A stretch of 64,000 nt of DNA from an uncultured Pelagibacteraceae bacterium. GTDB taxonomy: Bacteria; Pseudomonadota; Alphaproteobacteria; Pelagibacterales; Pelagibacteraceae. This document shows positions 33,846 to 43,476 of the stretch, in pieces. The notes beneath the pieces were generated by a model that did not search any database, was not told the DNA's origin, and saw only the letters and a program-made list of their open reading frames with translations. A program made the position numbers and the translations under genes. The stretch lies in the NCBI GenBank assembly GCA_902541825.1, contig CACBRY010000001.1, forward strand, positions 31,924 through 95,923. The letters are read 5' to 3'. Numbering within the stretch: the first letter of the stretch is position 1; every line of letters starts with the position of its first letter.

Positions 33846-34996
33846 TATTTTCTGAATCTTAAATTACTTCTATTTAGATCACTAATCTTAGTGCACCCCA
33901 TAAGTTTCATATCACGTACTAGTTCAGCTTTATATTTTTCTAAAGCTCTTTCGACACCTGCTTGACCTCCAGCTGCTAAAGCATAAAGATATAATCTTCC
34001 ACCTGAACAAGCCTTAGCACCTAATGATAATGCTTTAAGCATATGAGTACCTCTATGAATTCCACCTTCACAAATGACATCTAATTTATCACCAACTGCA
34101 TCAACAATTTCTGCAAGTTGATCAAAGGGCGCTCTAGATCCGTCTAACTGTCTTCCGCCATGATTTGATACCATTATACCTGTGCATCCTATGTCTACTG
34201 CTCTTTTTGCATCTTCAACACTCATAATTCCTTTGAGAGCGAAATGACCTCCCCATTTAGAACAAAGATTTTCAGCATCTTTCCAATTCATTGATTGATC
34301 CAGCATAGTTGAAAAATAATTTCCAATTGATGAGTTAACATCGGTACCTTCTTTCACAAAATCTTGTAAATGAGGTAATTCAAACTTACCTTTTGTTAGA
34401 TAATTAATTCCCCACATCGGTTTAGTAGCAAAACTATATAAACTTGCTAGAGTTAACTTTGGTGGTGAGGTAAATCCTGTTCTTAAGTCTCTCTCTCTAT
34501 TTCCTCCAGTAATAGTATCAACTGTTAAGGCCATCACATCAAAATTTGCTGCTTTAGCTCTTTCCAAACAAGAGTCGTTTAAACCCCTATCTTTATGAAA
34601 ATAAAACTGAAACATTTTAGGTGTATCAATCATTGAAGAAATTTCCTCAACACTAACTGTGGCTAGAGCAGAGACACCAAACATTGTATTAAATTTTTTT
34701 GCTGCTTTTCCAACTGCTCTTTCTCCATCGTAATGAAAAAGTCTCTGTAAAGCAGTTGGTGATAAATAAAAGGGTAAATCTAATTTTTTTCCAAATATCG
34801 TAGTAGACAAATCAACTTCTTCAACTCCTCTCAAAACATTAGGAACTAAATCCACATCATCGAATGCACTAGTATTTCTAGCATATGTAACTTCATCATC
34901 TGCTGCACCATCAATATAATGAAAGATTGGCGATGGTAACCTTCTTTGAGCTAATTTTCTAAAATCACTAAAGTTGTGACAATCTTTTAAATTCAT
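33845..34996 (-). CDS. FMN-dependent alpha-hydroxy-acid oxidase/dehydrogenase, paralog 1
   Basis: FHYIDG, GNRERD, SNHGGRQLD, EGGIHRG. Confidence 0.92.
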   Translation of the reverse strand: MNLKDCHNFSDFRKLAQRRLPSPIFHYIDGAADDEVTYARNTSAFDDVDLVPNVLRGVEEVDLSTTIFGKKLDLPFYLSPTALQRLFHYDGERAVGKAAKKFNTMFGVSALATVSVEEISSMIDTPKMFQFYFHKDRGLNDSCLERAKAANFDVMALTVDTITGGNRERDLRTGFTSPPKLTLASLYSFATKPMWGINYLTKGKFELPHLQDFVKEGTDVNSSIGNYFSTMLDQSMNWKDAENLCSKWGGHFALKGIMSVEDAKRAVDIGCTGIMVSNHGGRQLDGSRAPFDQLAEIVDAVGDKLDVICEGGIHRGTHMLKALSLGAKACSGGRLYLYALAAGGQAGVERALEKYKAELVRDMKLMGCTKISDLNRSNLRFRK

Positions 34997-35004
34997 GGTT
35001 TCTC

Positions 35005-35514
35005 TTAAAACTTTTTGAGGAAATTAAACATATAACTATTTGCCCCAGGATTTTTATCCCCTAAACTTGCATTAGATACATGATTATATGATACGGCAAA
35101 ATTTGTTGTATCAGTGGTTTTGTAAGAAAGCTGTAATTCTGACTTAAATTCAAGAAGATGCCCAAGGTCCTTTCCATCCCCTTCATGGTAAAGTCCGGGA
35201 GTAAAACTTGGAGTTAAAAAAAATGGGCCCATGTTCATATTCCACTCAACACCTGTATAAATATACGCAGCGGAATTGGCAGTTATGAAACCTCCGCTAA
35301 CTGGTGAAATATTTCCTAGAAATGTATTTCTTTTTAAATTTTCATTTTGATGCTGAAAACCTAACAACATCGATTTTTGGTTATTATCACTAAAATCAAA
35401 ATTCCCAAGGTATAAATTAAATTGATGATTGTTATCATCAATATCAGTATCTCCCAATAATTTTGAAGGCAAAGTCAAAATTAACAAAACTAAAAAAATT
35501 CTTTTTACAATCAT
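35005..35514 (-). CDS. PagL-like outer-membrane acyloxyacyl hydrolase
   Basis: Signal peptide, beta-strand pattern, HVSNASLGDKNPGAN motif, C-terminal Phe. Confidence 0.8.
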   Translation of the reverse strand: MIVKRIFLVLLILTLPSKLLGDTDIDDNNHQFNLYLGNFDFSDNNQKSMLLGFQHQNENLKRNTFLGNISPVSGGFITANSAAYIYTGVEWNMNMGPFFLTPSFTPGLYHEGDGKDLGHLLEFKSELQLSYKTTDTTNFAVSYNHVSNASLGDKNPGANSYMFNFLKKF

Positions 35515-35529
35515 TTTACCTAACTAAGA

Positions 35530-35892
35530 TTATTTTTTATTATAAAACCTTTTGATGATTATTGCACCACCCGCTAAGAATATCAAGATAGGCAATAACC
35601 ACAAAAAATAGGTATTTCTGTTGAAAACTGGATCATACAATATCCATTCTCCATATTTCATTTTTAAAAAACTATAAATTTGTTCCTCACTCAAACCTTG
35701 TTGAATTTTATTTTTAATAACTAACTTTAGACTTATCGCGAATTCTGAGTCTGAATCATACACTGACTGGCCTTGACAAATCAAACATCTTAAATTTTTA
35801 GCTATTTTATTTTCAGTTTTAATTTCATCTGCCTTTAAGAGATTGAAATTCAAAATTATACTTACAATCAAAAATATTGGAATAAATTTCAT
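35530..35892 (-). CDS. ccmH: Cytochrome c biogenesis protein CcmH
   Basis: LRCLICQGQSV, YGEWILY. Confidence 0.92.
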   Translation of the reverse strand: MKFIPIFLIVSIILNFNLLKADEIKTENKIAKNLRCLICQGQSVYDSDSEFAISLKLVIKNKIQQGLSEEQIYSFLKMKYGEWILYDPVFNRNTYFLWLLPILIFLAGGAIIIKRFYNKK

Positions 35893-36407
35893 CTAATTAT
35901 TTTCTCAATTTCTAATAGGTCCTTATTGTTTATTGGCCCAATAAATCTTTTAATAATTTTATTTTGATGTATTAAAAAACTTTCTGGCACCCCATAAGCA
36001 CCCCATTCAATTGATGCTGTGCCATCCTTATCTAATACTATTATATTGTAAGGATTTCCCAAGTCTTTTAAAAAACTTGAGGCTTTTTTAAAGTTATCTT
36101 TATAATTAAATCCTATCAATTCTATTCTTTCATTTTTTTTTAGTTTCATTAAAAATTTATGTTCTTCCTTACAGGGGACACACCATGATGCCCATATGTT
36201 CATCAAATAATACTTATTATCTTCAAAAATTTTTTCTGAAATAATAATAGAATTATTCTTAAAAGACTTTAACTCAAATGATGGAACTTCTTTTTTTAGT
36301 TCGGTGCTCGGAGTATAAATATTTGAATTTTTTAATCCCTTGAAGAAAATAACAAAAGTAATTAAAAAAATAAAAATTAAAATTATTGGAATAAATTTAG
36401 ACTTCAT
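35889..36407 (-). CDS. ccmG: Thiol:disulfide oxidoreductase CcmG/DsbE
   Basis: WASWCVPC, YGVPES. Confidence 0.92.
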   Translation of the reverse strand: MKSKFIPIILIFIFLITFVIFFKGLKNSNIYTPSTELKKEVPSFELKSFKNNSIIISEKIFEDNKYYLMNIWASWCVPCKEEHKFLMKLKKNERIELIGFNYKDNFKKASSFLKDLGNPYNIIVLDKDGTASIEWGAYGVPESFLIHQNKIIKRFIGPINNKDLLEIEKIIR

Positions 36408-38271
36408 ATCTTTTTTTAAAAAAACTTAAAAAACCACCGAAACTTATTAATATTACTGAAACCCATATCCAAATCATGAAAGGTTTAACTTGATATCTTA
36501 TATTGAAATATTCCTGGTTCTGAACGTAATTCATCGTCATAAATTTATCTGTGAGTAAGTTTGTTTTTATATCAGCCTCACTCGTAATTATATTTGGTTG
36601 ATTATATATTCTTAACTCAGGGTTGAGGATATCTGATGAGCCATCCAAATTTTGTACATTAAATTTTCCTATAATTGCTTTGAAGTTTTTTTCATCTTCT
36701 TGCTTAATGTTCTCGAAGTTTATCGTAAATTTTTCAGTCTCAAAAGTTTCACCAATTTTAAGGTTGGTAATTACCTCATTAGAAAAAATATTATTAAATA
36801 AAATACTTAGAATTAATAAGCTAAAACCAAAATGAGCAATGTTCTGAGATAAATTTCTAAATCTTTTGACAAAAAATTCTCTAGAAGTAGAAAAAAATAA
36901 AAAGAAAGCAGAAGTAACCAAAATTGTGTTAATCAAGAAATTTATATCAAATTGTTTAATTATTACTGCTGATAACAAAAAAGATATTATTAAAAATATG
37001 GTCATATAAAATTTATCTTTAAAATCTGATTTAACCCAATTAAGATTTGGTCCAATTGCCATAGCTATTAAAAATGGAATTAAGAAAGGCAATATGAGCT
37101 TGTTATAAAAAGGTGGTCCAACGGATATTTTATTTGCGGTTATAACTTCTAAAAATATTGGATAAATTGTTCCTATTAAAACTACTGATAAAAAGTACAT
37201 CATAAACCAATTATTTACTAAAATAGATGTCTCCTTGCTTAGCCAAAAAAAATTATTTTCTAGTTTTTCTTTCTCCGAATGAAAAAAAATGAAAATAAAA
37301 ATTGATAAAAAAATAAGCGTAAAAAGAAAAATTAAAATAAATAAACCTCTCTCTGGATCATTGGCAAATGTATGAACTGAATTTAAAATTCCAGATCTTA
37401 CTAAAAAAGTACCACTCATACTCAAAGCAAAAGTTGCAATTGACAATATCATGGCCCACGAAGTTAATATTTTCTTCTTCTCCAAAACTAAAATACAATG
37501 AAGTAAAGTTGTTAGTGCAAACCATGGCATTAAAGATACATTTTCAACTGGATCCCAAAACCAAAAACCTCCCCAACCTAATTCATAATATGCCCAAATA
37601 GATCCAAGTAAAATTCCTAATGTAAGAAAAACCCAAGATGCTAAAACCCATTGTTTAATATGCTTTGCCCATTCTTTTGATACATATGACGTAACCATGG
37701 CAGCAAGAGCTGACGAGAAAATTATCGAAGAACCTACATATCCTAAATATAAAATTGGTGGATGTATTGCTAAAGCAGGGTCTTGTAAAATTGGGTTCAA
37801 GCCTAAACCCTCATTTGGTGTTGGAAAAATATAATTAAATGGGCTTGAAGTCTTAATCAAAAAAATAAAAAAACCTACAATTATTATTTGTTGAAATAAT
37901 AAGGTAAAAATTCTGTACTTTTTTGGCTGCTGATTAGATTTAATTAAAAAAATTGAAATAAACAAAGTTAATACTAGCAACCATAGCAATAAACTACCCT
38001 CATGATTACCCCAAGTTCCTGAGATTTTATAAAATAATGGTTTGGTTGTATGAGAGTGATTAAAAACAGTTTCGTTGCTAAAATCTGAGTTGATAAAAGA
38101 GATAATTAATCCAAAAAAACTTATGACTACAAAAAAAAATTGAATAAATGTAAAAGTTATTATCTTTTTATCTAAGATTTCAGCTTTTAAATTTTTAACT
38201 GAAAAAAAAATAATTAAAATTGAAAAAAGAAGTCCAAAACTTAATGAATAAGAACCTATTAAACTCGCCAA
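36397..38271 (-). CDS. ccmF: Cytochrome c heme lyase CcmF
   Basis: WGNHEGS, HPPILYLGY, WAYYELGWGGFWFWDPVEN, SVHTF. Confidence 0.96.
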   Translation of the reverse strand: MASLIGSYSLSFGLLFSILIIFFSVKNLKAEILDKKIITFTFIQFFFVVISFFGLIISFINSDFSNETVFNHSHTTKPLFYKISGTWGNHEGSLLLWLLVLTLFISIFLIKSNQQPKKYRIFTLLFQQIIIVGFFIFLIKTSSPFNYIFPTPNEGLGLNPILQDPALAIHPPILYLGYVGSSIIFSSALAAMVTSYVSKEWAKHIKQWVLASWVFLTLGILLGSIWAYYELGWGGFWFWDPVENVSLMPWFALTTLLHCILVLEKKKILTSWAMILSIATFALSMSGTFLVRSGILNSVHTFANDPERGLFILIFLFTLIFLSIFIFIFFHSEKEKLENNFFWLSKETSILVNNWFMMYFLSVVLIGTIYPIFLEVITANKISVGPPFYNKLILPFLIPFLIAMAIGPNLNWVKSDFKDKFYMTIFLIISFLLSAVIIKQFDINFLINTILVTSAFFLFFSTSREFFVKRFRNLSQNIAHFGFSLLILSILFNNIFSNEVITNLKIGETFETEKFTINFENIKQEDEKNFKAIIGKFNVQNLDGSSDILNPELRIYNQPNIITSEADIKTNLLTDKFMTMNYVQNQEYFNIRYQVKPFMIWIWVSVILISFGGFLSFFKKRYEV

Positions 38272-38273
38272 AT

Positions 38274-38693
38274 TTATTTCTCCTCTAATGCTGCCTTAAC
38301 TTCTGGTGGCATATAATTTTCATCATGTTTAGCCAAAATTTTTGTGGCTAAAAAGAAATTTTTATCTTTTAAATATCCCTCAGCAACAACACCCTTCTCC
38401 TCAGCAAAAAGATTAGGTACGACCCCAGAATAAACAACATTTATCTCGTTTTTAAAATCTGTAACAATAAATTTAATTTCTTTTGAAATCATAGTTATAG
38501 AGTCTTTTTTAACCATTCCACCTATTCTAATTTTCTTTTTACCAATTTCACTTAAAGTTTTAATTTCTGTTGGAGACTTAAAAAAAATAACGTTTTCCTC
38601 TAAAGACTTAACTAATAAAAAGACTGATAACGCTAAAGTTGTTATTATTAATAATATAAAAAAAAATCTTAATTTAACTTTTCGGCCATACAT
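38274..38693 (-). CDS. ccmE: Heme chaperone CcmE
   Basis: [18 protein letters not shown]. Confidence 0.95.
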   Translation of the reverse strand: MYGRKVKLRFFFILLIITTLALSVFLLVKSLEENVIFFKSPTEIKTLSEIGKKKIRIGGMVKKDSITMISKEIKFIVTDFKNEINVVYSGVVPNLFAEEKGVVAEGYLKDKNFFLATKILAKHDENYMPPEVKAALEEK

Positions 38694-38703
38694 GTTTCAA
38701 AAG

Positions 38704-38931
38704 TTAAATGTTTGAAGTATTTGACAAAATTTCTTTATTTATACTTTGAGATTTTGCAAAAGCTGCTCTCTCAGAATTTAAAGATCCAAATTTTGCTAAA
38801 AATTTATTTTTTTCTTTTTTGTATTGAATTTTGATAACCAAAAAAAGTGTCAAAAAACTTACTAAAGTAAACGAAAATGCTGACCAAACATACAGTCCAT
38901 ATCCATTCATAAAAAATAAATTTTCAATCAT
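38704..38931 (-). CDS. ccmD: Heme exporter protein CcmD
   Basis: MNGYGLYVWSAF, single TM, between ccmC and ccmE. Confidence 0.85.
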   Translation of the reverse strand: MIENLFFMNGYGLYVWSAFSFTLVSFLTLFLVIKIQYKKEKNKFLAKFGSLNSERAAFAKSQSINKEILSNTSNI

Positions 38932-39635
38932 AATCTATCTAACCCTTTATTCTTAATTTTTATCAGTTCTGTATTATATTTCATTAAAAAAATCAGTAGA
39001 GAAAATAGGGCAAATGCCGCAGTCATTGTCATTAATGGAAACAGCATTGATATGTGAATTGAGGACTTCGAGAGTATGTTGATTGAAGCTGGTTGATGCA
39101 ATGTATTCCACCAATCTACTGAATACTTAATTATAGGAACATTAATAATTCCTAAAATTGTGATAATTGATGTAACTTTAAATGCTTTGTCATTATCTTC
39201 AAAAATTCTCCATGCAACAAGATACATTATGTAAAACAGTGCTAGTATTAACATTGAAGTTATTCTTGCGTCCCAAGCCCACCAAGTTCCCCATGTGGGT
39301 TTGCCCCATATGGAACCAGTGACAAGAGCTATTATATTAAATACTAACCCAGAGGGTGCCAAACTTTTTGCGATTAAAAAAAAATTTCTTATTTTAAAGA
39401 TGTATCCAACTATAGATAAAAAAGTAATAGCTGAAAAAATTCCAAGCGAAATCCAAGCTGCTGGAACATGAACATACATTATTCTGACAGAGTGACTTTG
39501 CTTATAATCTTCAGGAGATAATATTAATGCCTCTGTTAATCCTATTGAAAGAATGACAATAAATAAAAATAATACATACTTAGGAGCTTTTGATGTTATT
39601 GAAAAAATTTTATTCGGTTCAAAATATTTAAACAT
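38928..39635 (-). CDS. ccmC: Heme exporter CcmC
   Basis: YVHVP, WGKPTWGTWWAWDAR, WWNTLHQ. Confidence 0.96.
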   Translation of the reverse strand: MFKYFEPNKIFSITSKAPKYVLFLFIVILSIGLTEALILSPEDYKQSHSVRIMYVHVPAAWISLGIFSAITFLSIVGYIFKIRNFFLIAKSLAPSGLVFNIIALVTGSIWGKPTWGTWWAWDARITSMLILALFYIMYLVAWRIFEDNDKAFKVTSIITILGIINVPIIKYSVDWWNTLHQPASINILSKSSIHISMLFPLMTMTAAFALFSLLIFLMKYNTELIKIKNKGLDRL

Positions 39636-39657
39636 ATATGAAATTATATTTATTATG

Positions 39658-39730
39658 AAAAAACTGCCTGATCAAGAATGCCAGAGGGAGATAATAACGA
39701 AGGGTAAATAAGTAGCACCCTTGATCAGAA
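39658..39730 (-). ncRNA. Candidate structured RNA (16-bp stem, 29-nt CU-rich loop, U-tail)
   Basis: Minus strand CUGAUCAAGGGUGCUA pairs with UGGCAUUCUUGAUCAG (3 G-U pairs), followed by GCAGUUUUUU. Confidence 0.55.
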
Positions 39731-39796
39731 TTAACCCCATAAAAGCAAATTGCTGTGTCAAAGGTTTGAGCTAAATGTGTTAAAAAAGTGATTTAT

Positions 39797-40120
39797 TTAA
39801 TTAGATAGCTTAAAATAGCTAGATCCCTTTTTCCCAGAGAAAATTTCTTCAATTAAAGGATGTTTAATTGGTTCATCTGAGTCATCAACAAGAAGATTTT
39901 GCTCGGAAACGTATGCCTCGTATGTGATTTCATCATTTTCAGCTAACAGATGATAAAAAGGCTGATCTTTTCTTGGTCTTACATTTTTTGGTATCGATTG
40001 ATACCATTCTTCTGAATTATTAAATTCAAAATCAACATCATAAATTACACCTCTAAAGTCGAAGTGTTTATGTTTCACTATATCTCCAATTGAAAATTTA
40101 GCTTTTTGAATTGCCATCAT
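39797..40120 (-). CDS. hspQ: Heat shock protein HspQ (YccV-like)
   Basis: AKFSIGDIVKH, FRGVIYDVD, QPFYHLLAE, AYVSEQNL. Confidence 0.93.
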   Translation of the reverse strand: MMAIQKAKFSIGDIVKHKHFDFRGVIYDVDFEFNNSEEWYQSIPKNVRPRKDQPFYHLLAENDEITYEAYVSEQNLLVDDSDEPIKHPLIEEIFSGKKGSSYFKLSN

Positions 40121-40125
40121 ATTTA

Positions 40126-40152
40126 GTATGGGTATTTAAAAACAAAAATCAA
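40126..40152 (-). promoter_or_regulatory. Putative RpoH (sigma32) promoter of hspQ
   Basis: Minus strand TTG-N17-CCCATAC, 5 nt upstream of the ATG. Confidence 0.5.
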
Positions 40153-40205
40153 TAAGAAAAATTAAAAGTTTCTATGAAAATATTATTTATGTTAATATCT
40201 CACCT

Positions 40206-40757
40206 GTGAACAAATCTTTTTTAAAGTTTTTAACAGATTTTGGACCTCTAGTAATTTTTTTTTACTACTACTACGATAGTGGAAAAGACTTAAAAATTGC
40301 AATTCCCCCATTTATTATTGCGACAATAATTGCATTAGCTATTGTTTGGTTTTTAGAAAAAAAAATACCAAAGATTCCTTTGTTAAGTGGAGTTTTAATT
40401 ACTTTATTTGGAGGCTTAACAATTTACTTTGATAATCCAGTTTTTATCTATGTCAAACCAACAATTATAAACATTCTCTTTGCATTCGCTCTGATATTTG
40501 GAAGGTACTTTACAAATGAACCTGTTTTAAAAAAATTAATGGGTAAGTCTGTCTCTCTAACTGATGAAGGATGGGAAATATTAAATAAAAGATGGATATA
40601 TTTCTTTTTTGGTCTAGCTATTCTAAACGAAATTGTTTGGCGAACTCAATCTGAAGAATTTTGGGTAAATTTTAAAGTATGGGGACTATTACCAATTACA
40701 TTTATATTCACTGCTTTTCAAATAGGTTTAATAAATAAGTATAAAACAAATGAATAA
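40206..40757 (+). CDS. yciB: Inner membrane protein YciB/IspZ
   Basis: DFGPL, FGGLTI, KPTIIN, WVNFKVWG. Confidence 0.92.
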   Translation: MNKSFLKFLTDFGPLVIFFYYYYDSGKDLKIAIPPFIIATIIALAIVWFLEKKIPKIPLLSGVLITLFGGLTIYFDNPVFIYVKPTIINILFAFALIFGRYFTNEPVLKKLMGKSVSLTDEGWEILNKRWIYFFFGLAILNEIVWRTQSEEFWVNFKVWGLLPITFIFTAFQIGLINKYKTNE

Positions 40758-41091
40758 TAATCTACGTCTAATAATCAATAATGTTAATAAAAAGAATATT
40801 GAAGAAAAACATTTTTTTGAAAAAGATGAATTAAAGATTATTTTAGACTTATACGCTAAAATGGTTTCTGAAGGATCATGGAAAGACTATGGACTTAATA
40901 TTTCAAGCAAACAAGTTGGTTTTAGTGTTTTTAAAAATACTACAGAAAATGCTCTGTATAAGATTTGCAAAAATTTTAAGCCAAAAAATAAAAATCTTAA
41001 ATACTTAATTACCGATGCAAATGGAAAAATATTTAGAAACTCGTCTGATTTAAATAATCTATTGAAAAATATTAATTGGAAAAAACTTTAA
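40750..41091 (+). CDS. DUF2794-like protein
   Basis: ELKIILDLYAKMVSEGSWKDY motif. Confidence 0.75.
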   Translation: MNNNLRLIINNVNKKNIEEKHFFEKDELKIILDLYAKMVSEGSWKDYGLNISSKQVGFSVFKNTTENALYKICKNFKPKNKNLKYLITDANGKIFRNSSDLNNLLKNINWKKL

Positions 41092-41092
41092 A

Positions 41093-41857
41093 TTATCTTC
41101 TTTGACCAAAAAGTCTAAGCAACATGATAAATAAATTAATAAAGTCTAAATAAAGCGTCAATGCACCCATTACAGCTTTTTTGCCCATTAATTCACCCGT
41201 GTCACTAGCCGCATACATGTTTTTGATTTTTTGTGTGTCGTAAGCAGTAAGTCCTACAAAAATTAAAACACCTAAAATAGAAATTACGAAATACATCATT
41301 GAAGACTTCATGAATATATTAACTATTGATGCGATAATGATACCAATTAAACCCATCATTAAAAAAGATCCTAATTTTGTTAGGTCTCTTTTTGTTGTAT
41401 ATCCATATATGCTCATAGCTCCAAATGTTGCAGAACAAATGAAAAATACCCTTGTGATACTCATGCCAGTATAAACTAATAAAATTGATGAAAGAGACAG
41501 ACCCATTAATGCAGCAAAAATCCAAAAAGTTGTTTGCGCTTTAGCTGCACTCATTTTATTTATACCAAAGCTCATGTAAAATACGATTCCAAGCGGAGCT
41601 AACATTACTAGCCATTTTAGCCCAGACATGTAGATTGCGTTACCCACTTGAGTTAGTCCAACTATAGATCCTGAACTATCAGTCACAACAGACATTTTGA
41701 AAGTTATAAGGGCAATTATCCCTGTCATTAGGATTCCCGTTGCCATGTAGTTATATACTTTTAACATGTAGGCTCTTAAGCCTTCATCTGTTACTGCTGT
41801 TGATTGTTGTGCAGCCTCTTTTGCTCTACCTAGTATACCTTTTTTATTAAATTCCAT
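41093..41857 (-). CDS. Bax inhibitor-1/YccA family membrane protein
   Basis: GLRAYMLKVYNYM, YGYTTKRDL, AYDTQKIK, LYLDFINLF. Confidence 0.93.
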   Translation of the reverse strand: MEFNKKGILGRAKEAAQQSTAVTDEGLRAYMLKVYNYMATGILMTGIIALITFKMSVVTDSSGSIVGLTQVGNAIYMSGLKWLVMLAPLGIVFYMSFGINKMSAAKAQTTFWIFAALMGLSLSSILLVYTGMSITRVFFICSATFGAMSIYGYTTKRDLTKLGSFLMMGLIGIIIASIVNIFMKSSMMYFVISILGVLIFVGLTAYDTQKIKNMYAASDTGELMGKKAVMGALTLYLDFINLFIMLLRLFGQRR

Positions 41858-41935
41858 GCTGTAACATATATAATCTTTTATTAATTATTCAAGATATCAA
41901 AAAAAACAATAAATGACTAATATTTTAAAATACTA

Positions 41936-42976
41936 ATGAATTATAAAAAATTAGGAAATACTGATCTAGATGTAAGTACAATTTGTCTCGGTACAATGAC
42001 CTGGGGTGAACAAAATTCAGAGAAAGAGGGGTTTGAACAAATGGATTTTGCTTTAAGCCAAGGAGTAAATTTTTGGGATACAGCTGAAATATATTCAATT
42101 CCAATGAGAGAAGAAACCTATGGAGAAACTGAAAAAATAATTGGTAATTGGTTTCAAAAAACAAAAAAAAGGAATGACGTTGTTCTTGCCACTAAAGTTT
42201 GTGGAAGTACGTCGAACAAATATATTAGAGGTGGTGGAAATAGTTTTGGTAAAAAAAAAATTAAAGAAGCATTAGATGAAAGTTTAAGGAGATTAAAAAC
42301 AGACTATATTGATTTATATCAACTTCACTGGCCCGAAAGAAGCACAAATTTTTTTGGTGATTACGGTTATGAGCATGACGAAAATGATAAAAATTGGACA
42401 CCTTTTGAAGAAGTTTTAGAAAGTTTGAAAAAATTTATTGAACAAGGAAAAATTAGATATGTAGGTTTATCGAATGAAACTGCCTGGGGTTTATCAAAAT
42501 TTCTTGAACTCTCAAAGATGAAAGGGCTTCCAAAAATGATGTCTGTCCAAAATCCTTACAACTTACTAAATCGAACGTATGAGGTTGGTTTGGCCGAAAT
42601 TTCCATTAGGGAGCAAAGTGGATTATTAGCTTACTCTCCATTGGCGTTTGGATATTTAACAGGAAAATATAGAAATAATAAATTACCAGCGAAATCGAGA
42701 ATGCAATTATTTAAAAATTTTAACAGATATAAAAATGAAAATGGTCAAAAAGCCATTGATGAATACTACAAAATTTCAAAAAAATATAATTTAGATTTTA
42801 CTCAAATGTCTTTAAAATTCTGTGAAATTCAACATTTCACAACTAGTGTTATTATTGGGGCAACGACAATGGAACAGTTGAAAACAAATATAGAAAGTGT
42901 AAATGTAAATTTAAACAGCGATATAATAAATGATATTAATAAAATTCAACAGAAATACCCTAATCCATGTCCATAA
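41936..42976 (+). CDS. Aldo/keto reductase (Tas-like)
   Basis: CLGTMTWGEQN, DTAEIY, DLYQLHWP, AYSPLAFG. Confidence 0.92.
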   Translation: MNYKKLGNTDLDVSTICLGTMTWGEQNSEKEGFEQMDFALSQGVNFWDTAEIYSIPMREETYGETEKIIGNWFQKTKKRNDVVLATKVCGSTSNKYIRGGGNSFGKKKIKEALDESLRRLKTDYIDLYQLHWPERSTNFFGDYGYEHDENDKNWTPFEEVLESLKKFIEQGKIRYVGLSNETAWGLSKFLELSKMKGLPKMMSVQNPYNLLNRTYEVGLAEISIREQSGLLAYSPLAFGYLTGKYRNNKLPAKSRMQLFKNFNRYKNENGQKAIDEYYKISKKYNLDFTQMSLKFCEIQHFTTSVIIGATTMEQLKTNIESVNVNLNSDIINDINKIQQKYPNPCP

Positions 42977-43473
42977 CTAAAAAATTTATCTTCACATTTT
43001 TATTTTTTATTATTCCAATTACATTTAGTTTAGCTGATATAAAAAAAGTTGGTAAGTTCAAAGATTGGGAAACATTAGTAATCCAAGAAAGTTCTGGTAA
43101 AGTTTGTTTTGCTCAATCTACCCCTGTTTTACAAGCACCAAAAACAAATAAAAGAGATGCTAGATTATTTGTTACTTTCAGACCGAATGAAAAAATTTCT
43201 AATGAAATAAGTGCAACTGCTGGGTATGAGTTTAACAAAAATAATACTGTTTTAGCAACTTCAGGAAATAACAAATTTAAATTTGATATTAAACAACAGG
43301 GTTTTGCTTGGATGACGAGTAATAAAAAAGAAAAAATAATGGTTAAAGTTATGAAAAAAGGATCAAGAATTATGGTTACTGGTTACAATGAAAAAGGTTC
43401 ACAAACCATAGATCATTATTCATTATTAGGATTCACAAAGGCCTACAATTCTGCAAAAAAAGCTTGCAGTTAA
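42967..43473 (+). CDS. Invasion-associated locus B (IalB)-like exported protein
   Basis: Signal peptide, GKFKDW, KVCFA, YSLLGFTKA, C-terminal Cys. Confidence 0.75.
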   Translation: MSITKKFIFTFLFFIIPITFSLADIKKVGKFKDWETLVIQESSGKVCFAQSTPVLQAPKTNKRDARLFVTFRPNEKISNEISATAGYEFNKNNTVLATSGNNKFKFDIKQQGFAWMTSNKKEKIMVKVMKKGSRIMVTGYNEKGSQTIDHYSLLGFTKAYNSAKKACS

Positions 43474-43476
43474 TTA

